From contig OZ360225.1 of NCBI GenBank assembly GCA_977017645.1, positions 60,016,001 through 60,080,000 of the forward strand: 64,000 nt of DNA, read 5' to 3'. Source of the DNA: Torpedo marmorata (lineage: Eukaryota). The notes under the pieces are model-generated. The model did not search any database. It had not been told where the DNA came from and saw nothing but the letters and a program-made list of their open reading frames with translations. This document shows, piece by piece, positions 10,119-22,398 of this stretch. The position numbers and the translations under genes were made by a program. Position 1 is the first letter of the stretch, and each line of letters begins with the position of its first letter.

Positions 10119-11098
10119 TTCTCATATACGTCAAATTTTCTTGCAGTAGCACAGTTGTTGGTTTTCTTGGCCATTTCTTTTACTTTTAACTTTAAACTCA
10201 CTTCATACTTTTGTCGTTTTGCTGGAGCCTCCATGATAACAATCACCTCAGCCAACGTCCAACAGCTCAGTCATCGCAATATTTGGGGGGGTTGACCTAT
10301 ACACCAGTCAACGCCCAACAGCTCAGTCAACGCGATTTTTGGGGGTCGACTTATACGCCCGATATATGATAAAACCATTAAAATGAGGTTGAAAAAGGGG
10401 GGTTGTCTTATCTGCCAGTCAACTTATACACCGAAATATACGGTAAATGTGATTGGGAAACAATGATAGGATTAAACAGCACAGAGGATAATTGTGCTGA
10501 TTGTTCCTGTGCAGAGGGATGTTCTTTGGCGATTGGGGCTCAGGCATTTTGTAGGGGGCAAAGTGAAAATAAGTTGATGCTGTGTCCACCATGACAATGT
10601 GGCCAGATAGTACTTGATGTTGACTATGACGAGGCAGAAATTCAGGCTATTCTTGCCCAGCATAGATATCATTCCCTCAGATAGACACAGAAACAAAGAT
10701 TTATTGAGGAAATAAACAATAACATATAAGACCTTTAGGCCACTTATTGTGGGAGAAAATATCATAAAAATGCTTTGGCATTCATAGAGAACTGAAAGGA
10801 TACAAGGTTGGATTTATATTCCAATTTGGAGCTCTCACTTTTTGGCAAATTGTCATTGGGATTCAAATGACTTTGAACAATTAAGAATTAGTTGCTTGCA
10901 CCTCCGATACTCACAGAGAAAATAAATGGCAGGGTTGATGGTTCTGTGACAGGCCAGAAATTTCCCAGGGAAAAGACAGGTGAGATAGAGAGGTAGGAAG
11001 AACGGAAAGATGGGAAAAATTAAGAGAAAGAAAGAAAGCATAAAAAAAGAGAAAGAAAATAGGAGAACGAGAAAGAAACAAGGAGATAGAAAAGAGAA

Positions 11099-11775
11099 AG
11101 AAACATAAGAAATAGGAGCAGGAGTAGTCCATCTGGCCCATCAAGCATGCTCCGCCATTTAACAAGATCATGGCTGATCAGGTTGTGGACTTATCTCCAC
11201 CTACCTGCCTTTTCCCTATAACCCTTAATTCCCCCACTATGCAAAAATCTATCTAACTCTGTCTTAACTCTATTTAATGAGGCAGCCTCAACTGCTTCCT
11301 TGGGCAGAAAAATCCACAGATTCACTCCTCTCTGGGAAAATCAGTTCTCCTCATTTATCTTAAATCTACTCCCCCAAAACTTGAGGCCATGTCCCCTAAT
11401 TCTAGTCTCACCTGTCAGTGGAAAAAACTTCCTTGATGTTATCTTATCTATTCTTTCATAGTGTTATATATTTCTAAAGAACCACCCTCATCCTTCCAAG
11501 TTTCAATGAGTATAGTTCCGGAACCAGAAGAAAGAAGAGAAAGAAAGATTGGGTGCACACGCAGTGTCTTTGCCCAGAGTAATTGGTAACCAGAGGACAT
11601 ATGTTCAATGTGAGGGGAGAGAGATTTAACAGGAACCTGAGAGATGATTTTTTTTACACGGAGGGTGGTGGGTGTATGGAATGGGCTGCTAGAGGAGGTG
11701 ATTGAAGCAGGTACCATTGCAATATTTAAGAAAATTTGGACAGATGCGTGGATAGGATGGGTTGAGAGGGATATA
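11099..11775. mobile_element. Two CR1 3' fragments in opposite orientation (about 11099-11520 minus; about 11545-11775 plus)
   Basis: AGAAACATAAGAAATAGGAGCAGGAGTAG tail on one side. The other has TTTTTTACACGGAGGGTGGTGGGTGTATGGAATG, the FFTQRVV..WN-coding segment. Confidence 0.65.
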
Positions 11776-12532
11776 TATATATATACATACATACATACAT
11801 ACACACACACGTAATGCATATGTATCGATTATCTGTATGTGTCTTATGTCTGGATGTGTGACTGCATGATTTTGCACCAAGGCGGAGAATGCCTTGTACT
11901 TGTATAATCGGATGATAATAAACTTTAACTTGATCTTGAACTTTCAACACTGTATGACTCTATAGGGATCTCACACTTTTCCAAATGAAATGAATTCTCT
12001 GATAAAAATGGCTGTACCATGATTCAATGTCATGGACAAGAGCTACAATTGGCTGCATGACAATCAGCAAGTGTTTGCTTGATGCAAGTGAATGAAAGCA
12101 ACATGCAGTGAGAGTGACTACGTTTTATTGAAGAAAATTAGAGCCCCTTTATATACCCAACTTCTGCCTGTATGAACCTATGCTTACATCTGAATCAGTA
12201 TGGATCCAAATAGAATTGAAATATGAATTACGAAGTTATTTCTGTTTTTATCTGATTCAAAGTATCAGTAGTTTGGGATTAAAAGTTTGGAATATTTTAA
12301 TTCTTGTATTTCAAAGTACTGGACAAATAGCCTATGAAAATTCACAAATAAGATCTTTAAAAATTATTTGCATGATTTTACTTCTTAAAAAAATCACAGA
12401 AAAATAAAATGAAAAATAAAAAAAATACTGCAAATATCCAAAAGGATCAGGCGGCCCACGTTGGGAGAGAAACAGAGTTAAAATTTCTGGTTGATGACCA
12501 TTCATCAAAGCTGATCTGAAACACTGATCTGG

Positions 12533-12582
12533 AGCACACCTAATCCAGCACACTTAATCCAGCACACTTAATCCAGCACACT
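12533..12582 (+). repeat. 14-bp tandem repeat (TAATCCAGCACACT) x3
   Basis: Directly visible. Confidence 0.9.
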
Positions 12583-15500
12583 GCGCCTGTTCACTCGTAT
12601 GACCATACTTTGCTCCAGCCTGTGAGTTCAGTTGTCCTCAAGGCCTCAGTGCCTAGCCTATCCCATCAGGCAGAATGGTCTGCAGGCTGCAAAAAGCCTT
12701 AGGCAGTACATGCCTGAAGCTCCACGCTGGAGTACCCCAGAATGGGACAGACCTCTGCATCCAGTCAAAGGCCGTGAAACCTCTTTTTCAAAGTCTAATA
12801 AATGTTTAGAAACAATTAAAAGTATGCTTTTAGAAACTACTTCTAAAGAAATAAAAAATCTATGTTAGTTTAAATTAATTTAAATGCTTACAAATCAATA
12901 AAATAATAATATAACATTTAAAAATGCTTGCTTTCCCATACTCCTGGCAGAGAACTGCAAGCCAGTATTGTATGTTTTAGATCCCTTCTGCTTTTCTTCA
13001 ATTATATTGGTATCCATTTAGAATCAGCTGCAGCTATCAATTGGATTATAGTCTTGGTTAGAACGATGCAAGGAACACAGCGGTTATTTTATAACTGTAA
13101 TCTTGTATTGACGCGATTTAAAGTGTGCTGTCTTGATGAATAGTGATGTATTCCTTGAGAAATTAAATCCAGATTTATTAACTTTTTTCCATGAAAAGAA
13201 CTGGACATTTCACAGTTGAAAGGCCACATCAAAAAAAAAACTATCATATTTTGTAACCCATCAGACATAATTGCAATGCTTTCATCAGCCAGTTGGAATG
13301 TATGTGCTGGATGCCTGTCTTAAGTACACATTTGGTATGTCTGGGTTAAATCTACATGTTGTGTATCTGCATTATGGGTGCAGTTGATATATCTGCATTA
13401 AAACACATATTTCTATATTAAATGCACATGTTCTGAATCTGTGCTAAACTTACATGCAGTATAACTGTGTGATAAATGCAAATCACTATCACATAATGTT
13501 GGTAAATATGTGTAATTAAATTTGACTGTTTTAGAGGGGCATTCATCCTTACTATTACAGGGGTGAGTATTTATGCATATGCACTCAAAACCTTATGTTT
13601 AAAATATTTATTGGATGATTATGGGTGGGGTTTAAACCATGTTCCGTCTTGACCCCTATTGTGCATGTCCTGTTGGTAAAACTCCTACTTACTTGCATTT
13701 GCTTTGTGAGGACTTGCCTCCCAGTGTGTCAAGCAGGCATAAAATGTTACTGCTTAAATTGAAACTGAATTCAGCGTTGTGGACAGAAATCTAGGTTATT
13801 GCCTTCAAGGGTCAGTTCATTCAAACCTAAATATAGGTTTGTGCTGGTGAAGAGAATGGAGCTGAAATGTAGTTACCGACTAATACAATGCAATCACTTT
13901 CAACCGCCCTCTTTAACACTTAAAAATTATATCTGTGCAGTGAAAACACATTCTAAATTAATACAGGGAATGTTTTTTTTCTTAACCTTCCTTTTCATTT
14001 CCTGCACCATCAATGCTTATCCACAAACTTCCAAACAAAAACATAAAATGGCTTCATTTCTAATTCTCTTTCAATCTGCAGATATGCTCTTATCAAAAGG
14101 GAAAAAAAATAATTGTGAGGCATCTGGAGTCACTGTTGGATAAACCACTGTTGGACAAACCATCACCAGCAGCAACTCAGTCCTGTCACCCAATCCATTA
14201 CCACTGTACTCCACCATCTTTTCTATATTAACATAATTATTTTGAAACTGTAAATATATTTGTGTGGTCTTAAGCCATCAATGTTTATTTAATTCTAGAT
14301 TAGCTTACAGCAGAACAGTTGTTCCATGTTAAGCAGACGGTGGACCATGCAAAACTTAGCACACTGGCTCCTAAATGAAAACAGAGCAGTACTAAACTTA
14401 TCCGATTCTTCAGTGTTAAATATCTGAAGATCCCATCTCAGGGTTGCTACAAATTTCATCTCCATGTAACAAATAAATGATTGTTGCATTCTGTTTATTA
14501 TGTGAATGGAATTATGTCATTTCACAGAGGTGTAACTTTTAGTCTTTTTTTCAAATATAAACAAATTGAAACAATAAAAAATAAGATGTAAACTCGTGTT
14601 CATAGCTTTAGTTTTCTTTCATGTTTTTTTTCTCTGGGGTGCATAATGAATTATTTTATTCATATTATTTGGAGTAATTATTCATATTTGGAGACTTGTT
14701 TCTTTGTGTGTATGAGAGAGACAGAGAGAGAGTGGTACGAATAAATAAGGAATGTAAGAGACACCAAGAACAAAAAAAGGCAACATATTAAGGTGCAAGA
14801 CAGAAAATAGAGAATAATTTGATGGACAGAAAAAGAAGAATGAGAAAGCTTAAAAGAAATATATTAAGTTTTTCTTCAATCGGGAGAGATGAGAAAGAGA
14901 ATCAATTTTATCAAATTAAAAAGAGCTTCAAATCGACACAGCTACCAGGAACCTCGTTCACTCAACCCATCTGAAGTTGTTGTTGAAAGTTCTGTGTCTG
15001 GATTCATCCATTTGCCAAACTGTTATGCATTTGATGGAGAACCATGAAGCCTTTTTAAACGCTCACATCATTTACAAGGGTCCAGGTTTTCATTAAAAAG
15101 GAGAGGCAAGCATCAAAGCCCCTGATTTAAATGGCGTGTGCCTCAGCGATTTGAGTGAGCGAATGACAAAGCTGAAAGAAAAAATGTTCACTCGAGCAAT
15201 TATTTCTCCATGGTGAATTTGTATTAGTTTGCTGGAAAGAAGCATATGTTTGGCCTGGGGCAAGACTCCCCCCCCTCCCCCCCCCCCCCCCCCCCCACCC
15301 CGGCTGCAGCAGAGTGATCAGACTGAGAGAGGAGACACAGACCTGGGACTGCAAGCACATAACAATCCCGGGTCCAGCACCAGCCGTAGATTCTGAGTTG
15401 TATTTAGAACCTGTCACTGTTGAATTATCAGAATTATATTCCTCGTGTCAAGTTATAAAAGGCAACTAAAAAAATATAAAAATACACTTGAATCCCAAGT

Positions 15501-16954
15501 TGCCGAATTAGATTTCTTTGTAAAGTTGAGTCCTAAGGCTTGTCTTGAATGTGTATCACATTCTGTGTATCCTTAAATATCTTAGAATACTGACAGTCCA
15601 ATGAAGATTTAATCAAAATAGAACTATAGTGCTTTTGACTAATCTACTTCTGTTTCAGATAAATGCACTAAACTGTAAAGGTTTAGAAATTGGATGATTG
15701 TGGACCTAAAATAACAAAGATACTTAATTATTAAAAAATGGTGAAGCTAATCACATGGGAGAAAATTGCAACAACAGTGGATCGTATGCCTTTATTCTCC
15801 TAACTTAACTTCAGACTCACATTAAACACAGGAAATGACTTTCACAACACTGAAATGTTCTGCAAATTAACTATCGAGATCAAGTCCTCATATTCAACCA
15901 GGAGAGCGAGAACAGAAGATGAAGAGAGAATGGAAATTTATTTAAACCTTAAGTGATGGTGGAACATGTTTTGAAATGATATCACTGCACTGTATACAAT
16001 AACATACATGGGCCTCACTTGAAGAATATTTAGCAAAAGAAAAACTCAAGTTCATGGCACTTTAAAACAGAGGAGAAGCAAGAAATGTAAAAATAATCCA
16101 AAGACACCAATGCTTCCGAAGTCAGAAAGCATTATTTACATAAACAATCCAATTGTTCAACTCCAGTAAGTAGAAAAGAATTTGATCTCTCTGAGTGTTT
16201 ACATGCTGTCCAGTTCCAGAAATAGAATAAATAGATATCAAGTTACTCTATGGCACATGCGTTTGTTGGGTGGAAGGGTCATAAAATCAGTGGGAGCTCA
16301 TATTTCCTGTTTTCAAGATCTTGATCTAAATCATTTGATTTGCAACCAGAGGAAATCTGGTGGCAAATGACAGATTTATTTTACACCACAGTCACAATAG
16401 GACAAGCCAGAATTCATCACTGAATGTGTTCTTAGAATTTGGAATGATTATAGATATAACATCTATTATGATCTATTTCCAAAAGCTGCTTAACGAAAGG
16501 GAATAAAAACAGAATATTTTGAACCAGAAATAAGTTGACACGTAAGCACATGAGAGAAGAAACATGATTTGGATAGTACATCAAATGTGGACGATGGATT
16601 CCAGAGATTTAACGTGAAAAATGTGAAACTGGGATATCAAGGATTAGGATCACAGGTGCAAAGTAAAAAAACTGGAACATGTCAATCAGGAATGAGAAAA
16701 AACTCACAAGAGACAAGGACAGAAACAGATTCAGTCTAAGAACATGGAAATAGAGAGAGGGAATTTAAGTCTAAGGACCAGGTATATAGGACAGGAGCAT
16801 AATTATTGCATGAAAACAGAGAAGTATCATCATCTCAATATTAAATATGAAGGCAATAGAGAAGGCCTTGTTTCTGCAACTTCAGGTGAATTTCATTCTT
16901 TTGGAATTAACTTGAGTTTATTAGAGTCATATATTTATGTCCTAAATTGATCCT

Positions 16955-17795
16955 GATACTGTTTACTGTCATATACATTGTACAATGTACATATGCACCA
17001 AAATTCTTCCTTGCTGCAGCCAGACAGGTACTTCACACAAAAAAGCAACTACAATAGCATGCATTAAATTAAATTGAAAAAGAGATAATAAATACAAAGT
17101 TAGATAATAAATATTCACAGTTGCCATAGTGCAAGAAAAGAAGTGGCTTTACGAGAGAGCAGACGGGCCTTTTTATGGTGTCAGAGCAGTCCATGATTAG
17201 TGTAACATGGAGAGGTTCAAGAATCTGATCACCATTGGAAATCCTATACATTGATGAAGGGCTCAAGCCGGAAACATTGGTTATGTATCTTTATCTTTGC
17301 TATATAAAGTACGCTGTTAGACCTGCTGAGTTTCTCCAGCATTGTGTTTTTACTTCAATCACAGTGTCTGCATACTTTCGTGTTTTACTCCTGCCATTGG
17401 AAAGAAACTGTTCTTGAACCTAGAGGTGATGGTTTTCAGGCTTCTGTGTCTTCTGCCCGAAGGCAGCATTGAGAAGAGGTGTGATCAGGGTGATGCGGGG
17501 TCCTTTCCATAGAGCACCTGTTTAATAGAATATCCAACAACATGCCAATTTCCTCAGAATTTATGAAAGTATTGGCATTGGCGTGCCTTCTTCACAGTTG
17601 CCTGATGTGCTGGCTCCAGGAAAGGTCTTCTGAAATGTGAACACCCAGGAACTTGACAATACTACCTCTCTCCACCTCTGTCCCATCCACATGGACAGGT
17701 GCATGGTCCCTCGTCCACCCTTCCTAAAATCAACAATAAACTCTTTGATCTTGGTGACTTTGAGAGCAAGATTTTTGTTCTGGCACCACTCAACA
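16955..17795 (-). mobile_element. Rex1-type LINE 3' fragment with a nested Penelope-like end (17242-17393)
   Basis: The minus ORF NLALKVTKIKEFIVDFRKG matches the Rex1 RT C-terminus. The nested piece is flanked by 10-bp TSD CCATTGGAAA (17232-17241, 17394-17403). Confidence 0.75.
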
Positions 17796-18157
17796 TTAAA
17801 ACACAATATATAAATTTCCCATGATTTCTTTTTCCAAATGTCGTTTTCTGGAGAAGTATATTAAAATATATCGTTGGCATCTCAGAAGCTTGTTTCTGAA
17901 GATAAACAAAGGATATACTTTCAAGGATAGCCCGCAATGGACAATGAATGGTGGTTGTACAGTTAAGCCAACACCCAAAAATTATCCAACTTATGTTTTA
18001 CGGAGAATAGTTTCCTCCATTAGTTTTCATTTTCTGCTCTTTCAGGCCTAAGTAACCCAAATTTCTATCAACTTACCATTACTTCTTGTTTAACATTGCC
18101 TTTGCCTGTCCTGTCTTCACTAACCTGGCTGGTATCCTGCATAACAGATCATTGGTA

Positions 18158-18500
18158 GAACATAGACAGTGCAGCACAGGAACAGGCCCTTCATCCACAA
18201 CGTCTACACCGAACATGATGCCAAATTAAACTGAATCTCTGCTGCTTGCACATGACCCATATCCTTCTATTCCCTGCATGTCTATCTTGAAGCCTCTTCA
18301 ACACTACTATTATATCTACTTTTGCCACTACCCTGAGCATCCACCACTCTCTGTGTAAAAATACTTGTCCACACATCCCCCCTAAACTTTCTCCCCTCAC
18401 TTGAAATGCATGTCCCTTAGTATTTGACATTTATACCCTGGTAAAAATATTCTGACTGCCTACCCTATCTATAAAGCTCCAGAGAAAATAAACCAAGTTT
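18158..18500 (-). mobile_element. CR1 3' fragment
   Basis: AGAACATAGACAGTGCAGCACAGGAACAGGCCCTTC tail and CCACCACTCTCTGTGTAAAAA segment. Confidence 0.65.
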
Positions 18501-18667
18501 CTCTTTATGGCTTTGTTGCCTGGAGATGGAAATGCAAGTAAATAAATTCCTAAAGATCAATAGAATGTTGCACTTTAAAAACCGAAAGACTGACTTGGTT
18601 TTCCATCTGGCCTTTCATGTCCCTTTTGTGATCTCCCAAAGACCTTCACAGATAATAAGTGCAGATA

Positions 18668-18888
18668 AAGTAAAATCCCTGTTAACCAGAATTCAAACCA
18701 TCGGCAACTTCAAGCATCCGGCAAAAGAAATTGCAGAAAATAAATGGGTAAAAATTACAGAAGTTTAAAATTGGTGCACCTCGCCGTTTGTTCTCCATTC
18801 ACGCAACACACAGTCTCAAGCAAACGGAAAATTCACTTATCCGGAATCTACCAATCCCCTTAGGTGCCGGATACGAGGGATTTTACTG
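18668..18888. mobile_element. Tigger/pogo-like MITE inserted in a Deu-SINE
   Basis: Inverted ends AGTAAAATCCCT and AGGGATTTTACTG, preceded by TA and followed by TG (a decayed TA). Confidence 0.6.
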
Positions 18889-18984
18889 TGATACTGTTGT
18901 AATGCAATAATTGTGGCAGGTAATTTGTGTAAAGAAGGCTCTCAGAAATAGCAAAATGAAAATGACCAAATAATTTGTTGTTGT

Positions 18985-19850
18985 AAAGTTATACAGCACG
19001 GAAATACTGTAGTCCCTTCACTCCCAACTCATGAATGCCAACCAAGTTGCCCATCTGAGCTCACCTGTGCTTAGCCCATTAAACCCTTTCCAATCCATGT
19101 ACTTGTCCAAATGTTTTTTTAAATGTCTTAATTACACCCATCGCTACCACTCCTCCTGGCAGCTTGTTCCATATGTGCACCATCATCTGTATGATAAAGT
19201 TGCCCCTCAGGTCCCTTTTAAATCTTCCACTGCTCTGCGCACCCCTCATCTTAAACCTCTATCCTTCAGTTTTAGACTCTCCTGCCCTGGGAAAAGACTG
19301 CGACTATTCATCTTATCTATAAAGTTCTAAAGTTCAGATTTATTGTCAGAGTACATACATGACATCACATATAACCCTGAGATTCCTTTTTCCTGCGGGC
19401 GAAGCAGAATCACCACTTATTGGTCATGCAAAAAACTGTACTGAAGAAGATACGTATACATGTAAACAAATAAAGATATGTAAACAAGCTGACTGTGCAA
19501 TGCAGAGAGAAAAAAATCAATAAAGTGCAAAAGTAAGAGTCCTTAAATGAGTCTCTGATTGAGTTTGTTGTTGAGGAGTCTGATGGTGGAGGGGTAGCAG
19601 CTGTTCCTGAACCTGGTGGTGTGAGTCTTGTGGCACCTATACCTCTTTCCTGATGGTAGCAGCAAGAACAGAGTGTGTGCTGGGTGGTGTGGATCCTTGA
19701 TGATTGCTGCTGCTCTCTGACGACAGCGTTCCCTGTAGATGTTCTCGATGGTGGGGAGGATTTTGGCTGTGATATTTTTGGCTGTGTCCATTACCTTTTG
19801 AAGGGTTTTCTATGATATGATACATATCATAATTGTGAATACCTGTATAT
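18985..19850 (-). mobile_element. CR1 fragment interrupted by a young Rex1 3' end (about 19325-19795)
   Basis: The insert encodes IIKDPHHPAHTLFLLLPSGKRYR..RFRNSCYPSTIRLLN, nearly identical to 57.6-58.1 kb. Confidence 0.8.
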
Positions 19851-20448
19851 ATTTGTATATATTTTGGATTGAATATCTGTAATGACTCTGTTCTTCAAAA
19901 ACTTCCAATTACCTATTTATTGCCTCCCCATGTGAAAATTTTGAAAATCCCAACTGAAAGAGAGCTGAGCATTGCAGCACATGGTACTATGTGCATTTCT
20001 CTACAGCCCCCTTGATGTAGTTGCAGGAGATGATCTGCAGCATAGATTTTGTAGATGTAGCAAACAATATTTAGTCAGAGAAACTCGACACGCGAGATCA
20101 ATTTCCATCATGATGAGGAAGGTTTGGACAACAGTGGGCAGCTGGTGAAGCCATTGCCTCAAACCACCAGAAACCGGGGTTTAATCCTGACTTTGAGTGC
20201 TGACAATGTGTGACTACGTTGTTCCGTCCAGGTGCTCTAGTTTTCTACCACAATCCAGGGACATATAGGTTGGTAGATTAATTGACCATTGCAAATTGCA
20301 TAGATGAGTGATGGAATCTGAGGGGACATGATGAGAATGTGGGGAAGCTAGTAAAATGGATGAATGTAAGATAAGATAAATGTAAGTTGTCAGTTGATGG
20401 TCAGCATGGACGGTGGACCAGAGGACCCTATAATTGCAGAAACTTGAA

Positions 20449-20938
20449 GTAATTGGCTCTAAAGTCCTTTGGAGCATACTAAGGTAATGAAAGATACAGT
20501 ATCAATGCAAGTCTTTCCTTAAACCTTACCACACATGGTAATCAGGGCTTTTTAAACTGTGAGAAATATTCTCACAGTTACTTCTTGTAGCCAGAGAGTT
20601 GGTGATGATGGGAAATTCCTTTAATATTATCACAGAGAGTGGATGTAGTTTCTTTCCTGAGTGCACTGTTGAACCACAGAACATAGTAGTTCCTTAATGA
20701 AATATTGGATAAATATTTGAAATGGAGAAAGGTTCAAGGTCATGGGGAAATTATAAATCATTGTTTTGCACTATATACTGTTAAGGACCATGACTGACCA
20801 TTTGGACTGCGGATGGTCAGCAGGAAGGTTGAAGTCTTTTGGAGTATACACTAGGGCCAGGTACTGAAAGAGTTAACTTCCCCAGCTACTTGGTGTACCC
20901 AGACAAGATACATTGTTGCACTCCTGGTGTACCCAGAC

Positions 20939-20974
<36 letters not shown>

Positions 20975-22398
20975 TGGACAAGATACATTTGTTTCACTTT
21001 TGCAAAAAGCAGGTGCATATTTCTGCAGGAAAAGCAGACAGTTGTAAGTTGCAAAGGCTACAGAACACAGCCAAATCCAGGTTTGTGCACAGCCAGAGAG
21101 AAAAGACTGGCAAGAATAGCACATGGCCTCCTGTCTCAGAGAAATTCTGAGGAAAAGCAACTTCTGTGGAGAACAGGTGTGAGATCAGCGAGACTAGCTG
21201 TGAGATTCAAGCATACGCCTAAATCAGTGGTATACTGATCTGAACAGACAATCCTTATGAACACCCAAGAAGGGGACGTCATCAGAGAAGAAAACAAGTA
21301 TTTGTAAGCATAAACAGTCATTGTCTCTCTCCAACGTTCATTCAGAAGTACTTCTACCAGACACAGAGCTGAATTTGAAGCCTGAACTTTGAGAGTGAAT
21401 TTTGTAGACTGTATTATCCTTTTTTTTGACTGACTTGTTTTTTTATGACTGACTTGGGGTTTTTGGGGAAAGTTTTTCCATTTTTACATAGGGGTTGGGC
21501 ACAGACTGTAGTGGTCTGGGCTTTACACACACACACACCTTTTAGATAAGAATAGAGCTTATAGACGTTTATAGTGGGGTTAATTGTTGTGAAATTATAT
21601 GTTTACTTGTGTTTAATAAATAATAATTTCAATTTTACCCCTTTTGCATTGCGTCTTCTGTCGTTGCTGGTTTTGAATTTGTAACAATACACAAAGTCAT
21701 AAGATCTGTGTTTGTAATGAAACAGTGTTGAACATATAAAGAAGTTCCAATAAACAGATCATTCATTCTTTTGTTGGCTTTTACATATTTGCACCAAACA
21801 TTTAATAGATACAAATATATTTGTGATGACAGAAGGGGTTAAAAACACAAGAGAGTCTAAGACCTGAAATGTTAACTGTTTCTCCCTCCATAGATGCTGC
21901 CTGATCTGCTGTGTTTTCAACATTTTCTGTTTTTATTTCAGATGTCCAGAATCCGTGAGTTTTTTTTTTGATTGACGTGTTTGGGGAGATTTTGGTACAC
22001 AAAAAATAGATAACACCAATAAAATAAGCAGTAGAGGTTTCATCATTGAGTGTATTTCTGACACAGATAGAAAGATTTTTGTAGAATGGGATGATGGGAA
22101 ACAGGTGGGTAAGTGGAGCTGAGTCCACGGCCAGATCAGCTATGATCTAATTGAATGGCAGAGCAGATTCAACAGGTCAAATGGCCTACTCCTGCTCCTA
22201 TTTCTTATGTTCTTATAATTTAGTTGATTATCATGTTATTTATGGGTGAAATTTGGCAGCAAGCTTCCCGCACTCCAATAGTGCCAATGCATTAAAAGTT
22301 AGGTAATTGGCTCTAAAGTCCTTTGGAGCATACTAAGGTAATGAAAGATACAGTGTCAATGCAAGTCTTTCCTTTAACCTTACCCCATATGGTAATCA
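20449..22398 (+). repeat. 96-bp dispersed direct duplication (20449-20544 and 22303-22398)
   Basis: GTAATTGGCTCTAAAGTCC...ATGGTAATCA occurs twice, with 4 mismatches. Confidence 0.9.
20779..21686 (+). mobile_element. Solo LTR (908 bp), probably Gypsy-type
   Basis: TGTTA...TAACA termini, 4-bp TSD ATAC (20775-20778, 21687-21690) and AATAAA near 21615. Internal repeats TGGTGTACCCAGACA. Confidence 0.85.

Larger units (their letters stand above)
7858..10234 (-). pseudogene. Passer transposase in three pieces (10234-10119, 9799-9530, 8800-7858)
   Basis: Brinker-like DBD (RQKYEVSLKLKV..ARKFDV), CENP-B/Tc5 HTH (WPELENHVAAWV..GWCNRFMNR) and DDE_1 domain (VDKTP, LLVWD, LQPLD with 35 residues between the last two D), plus an acidic tail. 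Broken by two insertions and a 1-bp deletion. Confidence 0.9.
7613..10443 (-). mobile_element. Full-length pogo-superfamily DNA transposon, Passer (DD35D, POGK-related) type
   Basis: TIRs CCGTATATTTCGGCGTA (7613) and TACACCGAAATATACGG (ending 10443). TA duplication at 7611-7612 and 10444-10445. Repeated subterminal GTCGACTTATAC motifs occur at both ends. Confidence 0.9.

Noticed and set aside
12533-12582. Short direct repeats here and at 28984-29165 as CRISPR-like arrays
   Set aside because: These are tandem units with no unique spacers, in a vertebrate context with no cas genes.
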